Below are positions 37,530 to 46,212 of a stretch of DNA of 46,270 bases, piece after piece; position 1 is the stretch's first letter, and every line of letters starts with the position of its first letter. Made by a program: the position numbers and the translations under genes. The notes beneath the pieces are model-generated. The model did no database searches. It was not told the DNA's origin and saw only the letters and a list, made by a program, of their open reading frames with translations. The stretch lies in the sequence record DRR378314_1470. The stretch is one strand, 5' to 3'.

Positions 37530-39286
37530 GCCTTGCCCTCCGTCCAGAACGGAATGCCGATATTTTTGGCAGCCAGTGCTTCACCCTCGTCCCGGAACAG
37601 CTTCATGTCATCGCGCACCTGCTGAATAAAGGTTTGCGACTCTTCAAACTGGCCCTGAGCCTCCAGCGTATAGGCTTTGGCCAGCCCATCTTTGACCTTT
37701 GCATACAGATCAAGCGCCGTTTTGGCCTGCGCTTCAGTCCCGACCTCAATCGGGCGCAGATAGGCAGGTGTGCCCTCACCTGTGTCATATTTGGCCAGAA
37801 CGTCCTTCATCTGGCTGAAACGCAGGAAATGTTCATCGCCGTCCGTGTCAATCCGAACCGCCAGAGCGTACAGGCGACGTTCGGGGAACAAGTCCTCTTG
37901 CTCCAAGGTCGCCACGCATTGCGCATAAGCGCGGTCGATGTAACCGCCAGGGCGCTCGATCTCGATGAAATCCGCAAGGGCTTCGGCGGTTAAGGGACGA
38001 AGCGCGCGCGGCTGCGTCTTACCTCTGCCCGCTGGCAGGGTTTCAGACGGGGTCAGTATGGGCTCGTAATTCTCAGGCTCAAGTTCCCACAGCAGCTGGT
38101 TGGCCCAGCGCATATGGGTCATCTCGCCAATCGCGACCTCCAGAACCGAACGTCGGGCAAAGATCAGATCATCCTTCAGCGTCGGCCATTTCTTGGTATC
38201 CGCCGTATCGGGATCGGCCAGAGAGAAATAGGCATAGAGATATTGCAGGCTCAACGTCATTTCCATCGCAGCCAGACGGGTCCTGAGGTCCTTGATCATC
38301 TCCTCGGGCGTATCGTATGGCTCAACGCCCGGCATTTCGGGATCGACCTCATAAACCTCGCCGGTCTCACGGCCTTCGACCACAATTGGCAGCTCGCTCC
38401 ACATCTGGTTCACCTGATAGTGGTCGATCTGATAAGGGCGGTTCTGTTCCACTGTATTCAGTGCCGCCACATTGCCCGATGGCGACTTGTCCGAGCGTAG
38501 CCAGTCCAGATATGTCTCAGCCTCGATCGGGTTCTTCGACTGGCCCGAGGGCAGCTGATCGTCATGGGCCACCTCGGCCATCACCACGTCAGGGTGGTTC
38601 GAGGGCCAGTAGTGGCAGCCGCAGTCGCGAAAATCATGGGACCACGGGTTGCACAGGCTCTGCGTCAGTTCACCGGGATCATAGGCTTCGCTGAACACAC
38701 CCGCTTCGGTCCGGTACTGGCGTCGGAAACCGTGCAAGACAACTTGTTCAGTATCCACAACCCCTTCGTGATTGCGCCGCTCCAGAGCGATGCTGACCGG
38801 TTTGTCATCACCGTGTTCCAGACTGCGGATAAAACGCCAGATCATCAAGCCATCATAGGGCGTGCCGTCTTCCTCTTTGAAAGTGATCCGCTTGCCGCTT
38901 TGTTCAACCCATGACAGGAACCAGCGCCCCTGGCTGAGCTTTGCGCCCACCTCGCCACTATAGGCCTCCAGCAAGGTCTGCACCCAATCCTCGGTGCTGT
39001 TATCGGGCAGCATCGGGTCGTAGAAATAGTCGACGAATACCAGATGGAAGCCCTGCGAATTCTTCGGCGCTTCGGGCACAGGGCTGAGCGGAACACGCAC
39101 AGCGTTGAACACCAGACCGGGAAAGAAACGCCGGTCGAGGTTGCGCACGTCCATTTCCAGACCGGGAAAGCAATTGCCCACCGATCCGTCCAGACGCGTG
39201 TTATCGGGGTTGCCCGGCACCTTGTAAGCCGCACGAGCGGTCAGGTTACGGGGTGTGACGCGGATTTGGCCGGGTTGATCAGACAT
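37526..39286 (-). CDS. LodA/GoxA-like C-terminal (CTQ-bearing) domain fused to a ferritin-like domain
   Basis: Start MSDQ at 39286 with GGAGG SD; GNCFPGLE, PGELTQSLCNPWSHDFRDCGCHYWPSNHPDVV, MWSELPIVV; then ferritin-like LAAMEMTLSLQYLYAYFSL...IGEMTHMRWANQLL...FIEIERP...DGDEHF. Confidence 0.75.
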   Translation of the reverse strand: MSDQPGQIRVTPRNLTARAAYKVPGNPDNTRLDGSVGNCFPGLEMDVRNLDRRFFPGLVFNAVRVPLSPVPEAPKNSQGFHLVFVDYFYDPMLPDNSTEDWVQTLLEAYSGEVGAKLSQGRWFLSWVEQSGKRITFKEEDGTPYDGLMIWRFIRSLEHGDDKPVSIALERRNHEGVVDTEQVVLHGFRRQYRTEAGVFSEAYDPGELTQSLCNPWSHDFRDCGCHYWPSNHPDVVMAEVAHDDQLPSGQSKNPIEAETYLDWLRSDKSPSGNVAALNTVEQNRPYQIDHYQVNQMWSELPIVVEGRETGEVYEVDPEMPGVEPYDTPEEMIKDLRTRLAAMEMTLSLQYLYAYFSLADPDTADTKKWPTLKDDLIFARRSVLEVAIGEMTHMRWANQLLWELEPENYEPILTPSETLPAGRGKTQPRALRPLTAEALADFIEIERPGGYIDRAYAQCVATLEQEDLFPERRLYALAVRIDTDGDEHFLRFSQMKDVLAKYDTGEGTPAYLRPIEVGTEAQAKTALDLYAKVKDGLAKAYTLEAQGQFEESQTFIQQVRDDMKLFRDEGEALAAKNIGIPFWTEGKA

Positions 39287-40952
39287 TCTGAGCCTCCGAT
39301 TCCTGTGCAACCAGATAGTCGATGAACGAGATCACCAGATGATACTGCCTGCGCGACAGCGACAGCGGGTAGTAATTGGAATCGCGCATATAAGGCGGCA
39401 TCCGCGCGTCGTGCATCGAGTCGCGGATGATGCGTGGATCACGAAAATCTGGATTGGGGTCTTGATCCGGGTTCGGGTCGGTCTCAAGCTCCGTCAGGAT
39501 GCCATAAGGCGGGCGCAACAGAGTTTTTACGAAATCCGGACGACGGCGTAGGAAGTCAAGCAGGTTCGCCTCGTCAATCAGTTGTTCATGCACGAATTTG
39601 GTCGCTACCGTATAGGGCAACCGGTCATTGGGCACCGAATTCGAAAAGACCGAGACTGGCTGCGGGCGGATCAGCTCATCAATCTTGTCCGGCGGCCTTA
39701 CGTCCTTTTCTGTCATCGAGGCCGCATCGGTCGACGGTAGACCCGGTGTTGGGGAAATTCCGGTCTTCGCCTGTAGCTTGGCATTATCCTTCAGACCCTG
39801 CGCACGAATATCGTCGAGGTTGATCAGGCTGTTGGTCTCGAACGCGCGGCGGAAGATATCGACCACTTCGTTTTTGGCCTGCTGGTAATTATCTTCGGTT
39901 ACCGAAATCAGCGACAGATCGCGGTCGGCCAGATCATCCTCAAGGCTGTAGAACGGCCTTGCATCAGGCGCGAAATCGGGCGGGCCAGTCATGATCTGCG
40001 CACGCGCGGTCAAACGCTCACCGCGCACGGCCAGCGTCGCCTCGATCACACCATCGCTGGTGTCATCGGCCACGCCCCAGGATTGGTCGTTGCCCACCCG
40101 CGCGCCATCATAGCTGTCATGTGGTTCAGGATCGTCCGAGGTGCCAGACATCATGATCCATTTCGACCATGGAGTGTCGGGGTTCAGGATGCGGTTCTGC
40201 TCGGGCACGATTTCATGGATGCGACCATATTCCGATTTCGGCGGGTCGTTCTGGTATCCTGGCACCGCGAGAGTGGCAGGGCCATAAGCCGCATCGGGTG
40301 GGCCATAAACCTCACCTTTCGGGGGCAGGAAGCGCAAGCGCAGGATGCTGCGATCGATGAATTCGCCTTCCACCGGTTCATCATGTCCCTGTACCGGATG
40401 GATCGCGCGGACCGAACCTAGCGGGATCGGATTATGTTCATAGACCATCGGCTGCTGTTCGGACGTGTACGGACTGAAGGCCAACAGGGGCTTGGGTGTG
40501 AAATCCTGCCCTGCAATCTCGACCCGTGCACGAAAACCGCAGGCTGCGTCTCCGGTCCGACGCTCGGCCTTGGTGTTCCCGACAGTGACTGAATAGCGCA
40601 CGTTCTGCAGCGACAAGCCCTGATCGTCGAGTAGGTCCAGCGTCACCGGCGTCTCATATATTTCGCCCGTCTCAGCGTCGTGCATCCGCGCCCAAAGCTC
40701 AAAGAACGGCGCAACCGGCCGCAACGCACCGCCTTCGTCACGAAAGCGGATCGTGTCGGGATCGGGAAGGCAGGCGGTAACGCTGCCATCTTCGACTTCG
40801 CGCAGGGTTATGTTCGAGCGGATGACCGTCTTGTTGTTGCCATGGGCATCCAAATCCTGCTGCCACTCATAACTTTCTAGCGGTGTTTCACCCGGTCCCA
40901 AACGGGCAACCGCAATGGGTGGCAGAAAGAAAATCTCCTGAATCGTGTCCAT
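39279..40952 (-). CDS. LodA/GoxA-like N-terminal/core region as a stand-alone protein
   Basis: PPIAVARLG (LodA HPxIGxARxG-like), WGVADDTSDG.I.A (DDxSDG), GPPDFAP, MPPYMRD...LSLSRRQY at the C-terminus; lacks the D-x3-C and WP cofactor motifs. Confidence 0.72.
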   Translation of the reverse strand: MDTIQEIFFLPPIAVARLGPGETPLESYEWQQDLDAHGNNKTVIRSNITLREVEDGSVTACLPDPDTIRFRDEGGALRPVAPFFELWARMHDAETGEIYETPVTLDLLDDQGLSLQNVRYSVTVGNTKAERRTGDAACGFRARVEIAGQDFTPKPLLAFSPYTSEQQPMVYEHNPIPLGSVRAIHPVQGHDEPVEGEFIDRSILRLRFLPPKGEVYGPPDAAYGPATLAVPGYQNDPPKSEYGRIHEIVPEQNRILNPDTPWSKWIMMSGTSDDPEPHDSYDGARVGNDQSWGVADDTSDGVIEATLAVRGERLTARAQIMTGPPDFAPDARPFYSLEDDLADRDLSLISVTEDNYQQAKNEVVDIFRRAFETNSLINLDDIRAQGLKDNAKLQAKTGISPTPGLPSTDAASMTEKDVRPPDKIDELIRPQPVSVFSNSVPNDRLPYTVATKFVHEQLIDEANLLDFLRRRPDFVKTLLRPPYGILTELETDPNPDQDPNPDFRDPRIIRDSMHDARMPPYMRDSNYYPLSLSRRQYHLVISFIDYLVAQESEAQNV

Positions 40953-40991
40953 GCTGGGCCCTCCCCCGTTTGGCCTTGGCTGCCCCCGCTT

Positions 40992-42557
40992 TCAGGGGTT
41001 CGAATATGTCTCATAAGTGATAGTCGGGTCGTCGAAGATCGATTTCGACTTGTCTCGAATAATATCCGCCGGCGCGTCATCGGGCACGGGCGAGATGCTT
41101 TGCTGGTAGTGAAAGAAATTGTTCGGATCGAATTTCTGCTTCACGAACAGTAGCGAGTTGAAATACTCGCCCCAATATTGCCAGCGATAGTTCAACTGCG
41201 TCCGGCGCGGATAGTTTTGATAAACCCGGTCGATGAAATAGCCCTCATCGGTCATCAGCGCCATGAACCCGTCAAGCCAGGGCACAACTGTCTCTTTTTC
41301 CTCTTCGGACAGCCAGAATACATCGACATAGAAGTTCAGTGACACATCGCGATGAATAAAAGCGTTGCCATCTTTACCCAAAGGCATCCGGTTGATCGCC
41401 CCGCCATAAGGTTCGATCGCGACAGCACCATAGGCATTGGGCGTACTGTCGAGGTAATCGACCACGCGCTGCCATTCCGCCGTGCTAAGCTGGCGTTTGA
41501 TGTACCCGGCCTGTTTATCCTCTCGCGCCTGATCGGGCACAACAGGGATGTCGTATTTATCGTCATAGAGCCACGAGTTGATTTCCTGATAGGTGCCATA
41601 GTTCTGATCATCCTCACCCATCTCACCGGCGATTTCATCGCTGAGCAAGGGCTGGACAAACGCATCACCTTCTTGAGGCGTGCCATCATAAAGCGCTGAA
41701 AGCAGCAGCACCTTCTTGTCCCCCTGATAGGCCAAGAAAATATACGCACCAAACCTGTCATCTTTGCAGGTGCTCATGTAATTGGCCTGCAGAAACTCCA
41801 GCGCTTTTGCGGCTTTGTCTAGCGGCCATGTGATGTGGCAACCCCAGACCTTATATAGCGGATGCAGCTGATAACGAATTTCCAGCAGAATACCAAAGTT
41901 GTTACCCGTTCCGCCCCGGATCGCCCAAAACAAATCAGGGTTTGTATCCTTGTCCGCGATTACAATGCTGCCATCCCACAGCATCACGGTGACGCCCAGC
42001 ACATTGTCGCACGCCATTCCAAAACGGCGCGAGGTAAAGCCATATCCGCCGCCCATCATGAAGCCTGCAACACAGACATCCAGACATGCCCCGCCGGGCA
42101 CATGAAGATGATAGGAATTCAGAATCGAGTTCAACATTTTGAACGGCGTGCCCGGCCCCACATAGGCCATCGGCACATCCGGATCGACGCTCACATAGCG
42201 CATCTTGCTGGTGTCCAGCACCATCTGGTTGTTGACCGAATACCCTGCCGTGCTGTGCCGCCCTGATCGCGCCACAACCCAAAGCTCGTGTTCGCGGGCA
42301 AAAGCAAGACTGGCGCGTACATCGTCAATGGTTTCACAATAGACGATGATTTCAGGATAATCCTGAAACGCCGGGTTCCAGACTTGTCGGTCATTGTTGT
42401 ATTCAGCGTCGGTGGGCAGGGTGACCGTTCCGATCAGCTTTTTCTCAAAGGCGCGTATCTGCTCGGGCGAGATCGAATGATATTGCTGCAGCGTCAGATC
42501 GGTGCGGCTTTGCGCCAGGATATCTTTGGCCAGAAGGGTTTTGCTGATCTTACGCAT
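40992..42557 (-). CDS. BBE-like FAD-linked oxidase (FAD_binding_4 plus BBE domains)
   Basis: ARSGRHS (covalent-FAD His), PGGACLDVCVAGFMMGGGYG, DLFWAIRGG..NNFGI, YQNYP...YWG...VKQKFDPNNFFHYQQSI. Confidence 0.88.
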   Translation of the reverse strand: MRKISKTLLAKDILAQSRTDLTLQQYHSISPEQIRAFEKKLIGTVTLPTDAEYNNDRQVWNPAFQDYPEIIVYCETIDDVRASLAFAREHELWVVARSGRHSTAGYSVNNQMVLDTSKMRYVSVDPDVPMAYVGPGTPFKMLNSILNSYHLHVPGGACLDVCVAGFMMGGGYGFTSRRFGMACDNVLGVTVMLWDGSIVIADKDTNPDLFWAIRGGTGNNFGILLEIRYQLHPLYKVWGCHITWPLDKAAKALEFLQANYMSTCKDDRFGAYIFLAYQGDKKVLLLSALYDGTPQEGDAFVQPLLSDEIAGEMGEDDQNYGTYQEINSWLYDDKYDIPVVPDQAREDKQAGYIKRQLSTAEWQRVVDYLDSTPNAYGAVAIEPYGGAINRMPLGKDGNAFIHRDVSLNFYVDVFWLSEEEKETVVPWLDGFMALMTDEGYFIDRVYQNYPRRTQLNYRWQYWGEYFNSLLFVKQKFDPNNFFHYQQSISPVPDDAPADIIRDKSKSIFDDPTITYETYSNP

Positions 42558-42680
42558 CGGGTCTCTTTACTCCAAACGTCTCAGGAACGCGGGAGAGGTA
42601 CTCTCCGCGCCATAAATTCAAAAATTTAGGTATCATCCCATATCTGCCAGTGCCAAGCTGGCAGCAATTGACCCCACCGG

Positions 42681-45600
42681 TCAAGTAGCCGTTTCCAACA
42701 ACGCCCGCGCATCTATTAGATCCGCCTGATCCGCGTCCGGTTCGAAATGAGACAATGCATCGCGCAAGGCTTCGCCCGCTGGCTCTCCACGGCTCTGCCG
42801 CCAACGTGTCAGTGCTATGGCCGCGCGCAATTCGTACAGGCGTGCCCCCTGCCTTTGCGCCGTTTTGATTGACTGCAACAGCAAAGGTTCAGGGTCGCCA
42901 CCGGTATTGGCGACAAAGGTGGCTTCGATTCGTAGCTGCTCGGCTTCGGCCCATTTCTCTTCGGTTTCGGACAACATTTGGGCAGCGTGCGATAAAGTCT
43001 GCTCAGCCGCCTTATGATCACCCGCGTTGATTAGAAGCTCGGCGATCAGAGACGGGAAGAAACACTTATAGTTTCCTGCCCCAACGGCCCACCAGTCTTC
43101 CGAGGCTTGGCGCAAACTATCAATATGGGTGATATCAGAGGATTCTGTCGCCTTTGCCCAGCTTTCCCACAATCGCGCAATGGTGGCCATGAAGGGCAAC
43201 GAATGCTCTTCGGCGACCTTGGACAGAGCTTCGACATCTTGCTGCAACGCCGGGATGTCGCGGGCCAACAGGTGAACCTTGCACATATAGACCAGAATCT
43301 GGGCCACGCTGTGAGCGTGCTTCAGATCCTTTGCCCAGTCCAACGCGGTACGCTGAACCTGCAAGGCTTCCTGGTGCCGCCCCATCAGGCAATAACACGT
43401 CCCCAGAAAGGCCGATGTAATGGCGGCGTGATCTGTACCGTAGACATAGGCCAACTGGCTGTGTTGATCGAAATCGTACAACGACCAGGCTTGTTCAAGG
43501 TGTGTCTTCGCCTCGGGCAGATTGCCCAGATGCAATTGCACCGCACCCATCGCGCGATGGCCAACCATCCGATGCTCGGTCCTGCCGCTTTCCGCAGCCA
43601 GATCAAGTATCTGTGACGATACGTCTTGCGCCAAACGATATTCCGCGCGCACCAGATGGAAGGCATAAAGCCCATTGAGAACAGGGAACAGTCTGTCGGT
43701 CTCATCCGCGCGATGGCAGAGATCGCGCAGGCGGCCATAGGCCTCGCCCGTGGCATCCCCTGAGATTCCGCTGGTCGAGCGCAGAACACCCGCCCGCAGG
43801 ATCTGGATGTCGATCTCCTGCAGATCACGGTCTCGGCTCTTGGGCAGGTCTGCCAATTGGTCCAAAGCCGTTGATAGATGCGTCAGCGCCTCGGTCTGGG
43901 CCGAGCGTTCAATGGCCCGCTGCCCTGCACTTTGCCAATGCAAGACAGCCTCATCTGCGCGCTGGGCCAAGGTGTAATGCTGCGCAAGAACTTCGGGCTG
44001 CGTCTGGGCAAGCTGAGGTTGGTTTTCCAGCAATGCGCCTGCTGCACGGTCATGCAATACCTGCCGTTCCGTGCGCAGCAGACTGTCATATGCCATGTCT
44101 CGGATCAAAGCGTGGCGGAAGATGAATTCATCTTCTGCCTCATCGGGCGCCTGAAGGATGATACCGGCTGAAGAAAGCTGCTCTAGCCCAGCTTGCAAAA
44201 CCGTCGGAGACAGAAACGACACCGAGGCCAGCAGCGCGATGGAAAATTGTCGGCCGAAGACGGCACCAGTTTGTGCCACTTCTTTGGCTTTGCCCAAACG
44301 ATCCAGACGCTCCATCAGCGAGTCCTGCAGCGTACTGGGAACAGAAAGTGATGGCAGCGGCCCACGCAGGGCATATCCTTCATCGGTCAGCCGCAACTGC
44401 CCCGATTCCAGCAAGCCACGCGTGACTTCCTGAATAAAAAGCGGGATGCCGTCGGTTTTGGCTGCAATCAGATCGCAAACCTCGGGCGGCACCAAATTCC
44501 CTCCGGCCACTTCCGCCACGATCTCAGCGACGTCCCGATGTTCCAGACGTCTGAGCGGCAGATGCAGTGTATTGTTGTGATGCCCCCAACCTGGATCAAA
44601 GCCGGGACGTGCCGTCACAACAATAAGCACCGGCAATTCCCGAATGCGTTCAATCACCCGGTCGGTCAAAGACAAAGTGGTCGGATCAACCCAGTGGGCA
44701 TCCTCAAACAACAACAATACAGGCTTATCACGCGCCAGCGCGGCAAGTTGTTCAGTCACCGCTTCCAGCGTCTGCTCAAGCTTTGCCTGCGGCGGCAGGT
44801 CAAGTGGCCCAAGTGCTGCGTCCGCTTCGACGCTCAGCAAATCGGCGATAAGACGCACATGTTCGGGCGGGTGGTGACGCAGGAGATGCGACAGCTTTCC
44901 GAGTTTATCCTCGTCACCGTCCGATGGTGCGAACCCTGCCGCACGTTCCAGATGTTGAATGATGGGATAGAGCGCGGAATTGGCGTGAAACGGAGAGCAT
45001 TGGAAATTCAGCCTTAGCGCGCCCTGATCCTGCACCTCCTGGCTCAGCCCTTCGATCAGGCGCGATTTACCAATCCCAGCCTCACCTGAAATCAGCACAG
45101 ATTGGCCTGCACCCTGACACGCCTCGTGCCATTTGTCGGTCAGCTTGCGAAACTCGGCCTGACGCCCGACAAGTCGCCCCGCCCCCGCATCCGGCATGAT
45201 GTCAAATCTACGTTCGATACGGGCCTGCCCCGTCACGATCCAGGCTTGAACCTGTTCCGAGAATCCCTTGAGTGCGAATGATCCCCGATCCCGAAGCTCG
45301 AATGCATTGCCAATCAACCTGCGGGTTGAAGGGCTGATGATCAGGGTATTGGGCTCGGCCAGCCCCTGCAGGCGAGCGGCCAGATTGGGCGTGCGCCCCA
45401 TGACCACATCATGTTCTTTCAACCCTTCGCCATGGATCTCACCAACCACGACGAGGCCGGTCGACACACCGATCCTTGCGCTCAGCTTTTCCTCACCTTC
45501 GATGAGGGTCAGCCCGTCCAGAATATCCAGACCTGCATGAACAGCCCGCGAGGCCGCATCTTCAACTGCGTGAGGGTAGCCGAAATAAATCATCGCCCCA

Positions 45601-45995
45601 TCGCCCATGAAGCTCGCGATATGTCCGCCAAACCGAGCTACCGAAGTCGAACAGATTTCTTTGAACCGGCGCAGCAGCTCACCCAGATCTTCAGGGTCCA
45701 GACGCTCCGACAGGGCCGTCGAACCAACGAGATCCACAAACATCACAGTCAATTGACGGCGCTCGGCCACGATCTTGCCGCTGCCCTGAACGGGTGTCGG
45801 GTTTGCATCTCGTGCCCGCCCCAAGGCCGCCATCAGCCGCCGCCTCGGCCCCAATGGAAGACCCAAGTCGATGAGATCATGTTCGGTCAGGTGTCCCAGA
45901 TCAGTCAGAGAAACTTCGTTCGAAGCAAAAACGGGCGCAAACTTCGACAGTCCAAGGTCTTCAAGAAATGTGTCGATCTCTGCCATTATCCCCAT
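42681..45995 (-). CDS. SAM domain + class III adenylate/guanylate cyclase + STAND AAA ATPase + TPR-like protein
   Basis: SAM (FLEDLGL..FAPVF...DLIDLGLPLGPRRRL); ERRQLTVMFVDLVGST, MGDG, TPNLAARLQ; Walker A GEAGIGKS; Walker B LLLFEDAHW; GIPLF; C-terminal ELRAA. Start may be ATG 45986. Confidence 0.9.
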   Translation of the reverse strand: MGIMAEIDTFLEDLGLSKFAPVFASNEVSLTDLGHLTEHDLIDLGLPLGPRRRLMAALGRARDANPTPVQGSGKIVAERRQLTVMFVDLVGSTALSERLDPEDLGELLRRFKEICSTSVARFGGHIASFMGDGAMIYFGYPHAVEDAASRAVHAGLDILDGLTLIEGEEKLSARIGVSTGLVVVGEIHGEGLKEHDVVMGRTPNLAARLQGLAEPNTLIISPSTRRLIGNAFELRDRGSFALKGFSEQVQAWIVTGQARIERRFDIMPDAGAGRLVGRQAEFRKLTDKWHEACQGAGQSVLISGEAGIGKSRLIEGLSQEVQDQGALRLNFQCSPFHANSALYPIIQHLERAAGFAPSDGDEDKLGKLSHLLRHHPPEHVRLIADLLSVEADAALGPLDLPPQAKLEQTLEAVTEQLAALARDKPVLLLFEDAHWVDPTTLSLTDRVIERIRELPVLIVVTARPGFDPGWGHHNNTLHLPLRRLEHRDVAEIVAEVAGGNLVPPEVCDLIAAKTDGIPLFIQEVTRGLLESGQLRLTDEGYALRGPLPSLSVPSTLQDSLMERLDRLGKAKEVAQTGAVFGRQFSIALLASVSFLSPTVLQAGLEQLSSAGIILQAPDEAEDEFIFRHALIRDMAYDSLLRTERQVLHDRAAGALLENQPQLAQTQPEVLAQHYTLAQRADEAVLHWQSAGQRAIERSAQTEALTHLSTALDQLADLPKSRDRDLQEIDIQILRAGVLRSTSGISGDATGEAYGRLRDLCHRADETDRLFPVLNGLYAFHLVRAEYRLAQDVSSQILDLAAESGRTEHRMVGHRAMGAVQLHLGNLPEAKTHLEQAWSLYDFDQHSQLAYVYGTDHAAITSAFLGTCYCLMGRHQEALQVQRTALDWAKDLKHAHSVAQILVYMCKVHLLARDIPALQQDVEALSKVAEEHSLPFMATIARLWESWAKATESSDITHIDSLRQASEDWWAVGAGNYKCFFPSLIAELLINAGDHKAAEQTLSHAAQMLSETEEKWAEAEQLRIEATFVANTGGDPEPLLLQSIKTAQRQGARLYELRAAIALTRWRQSRGEPAGEALRDALSHFEPDADQADLIDARALLETAT

Positions 45996-46212
45996 TGCCC
46001 CCGATTGGCTCCGGGTTCCCCTACCCGGTCAGGCTTGTTGCCGCCGGAACAAAAGTCGAGCGACTTTAGCACTTTAAGCGGACACCCCTGATGGCCCGTC
46101 CACCAGCCATGATCAAGCTTTTTCTTTCTTGTCCTGAACGTCAAGTGAATTGCAGCAAACCAAACGCCGCAATTTCATGCACGTACGTGGCGAACTCATC
46201 ATTTTGTGGGAA

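Noticed and set aside
27705-42557. Functional link between the polyamine operon and the putative CTQ amine oxidase
   Set aside because: They are on opposite strands and separated by unrelated genes; only proximity supports it, though polyamines are worth including in a substrate screen
42550-42804. 84-aa Cys-containing ORF as a possible radical SAM precursor peptide
   Set aside because: It overlaps the 3' end of the cyclase gene and the oxidase start, has no clear SD and no precursor-like pattern; the QhpC-like motif in the 37526-39286 protein is a much better substrate candidate
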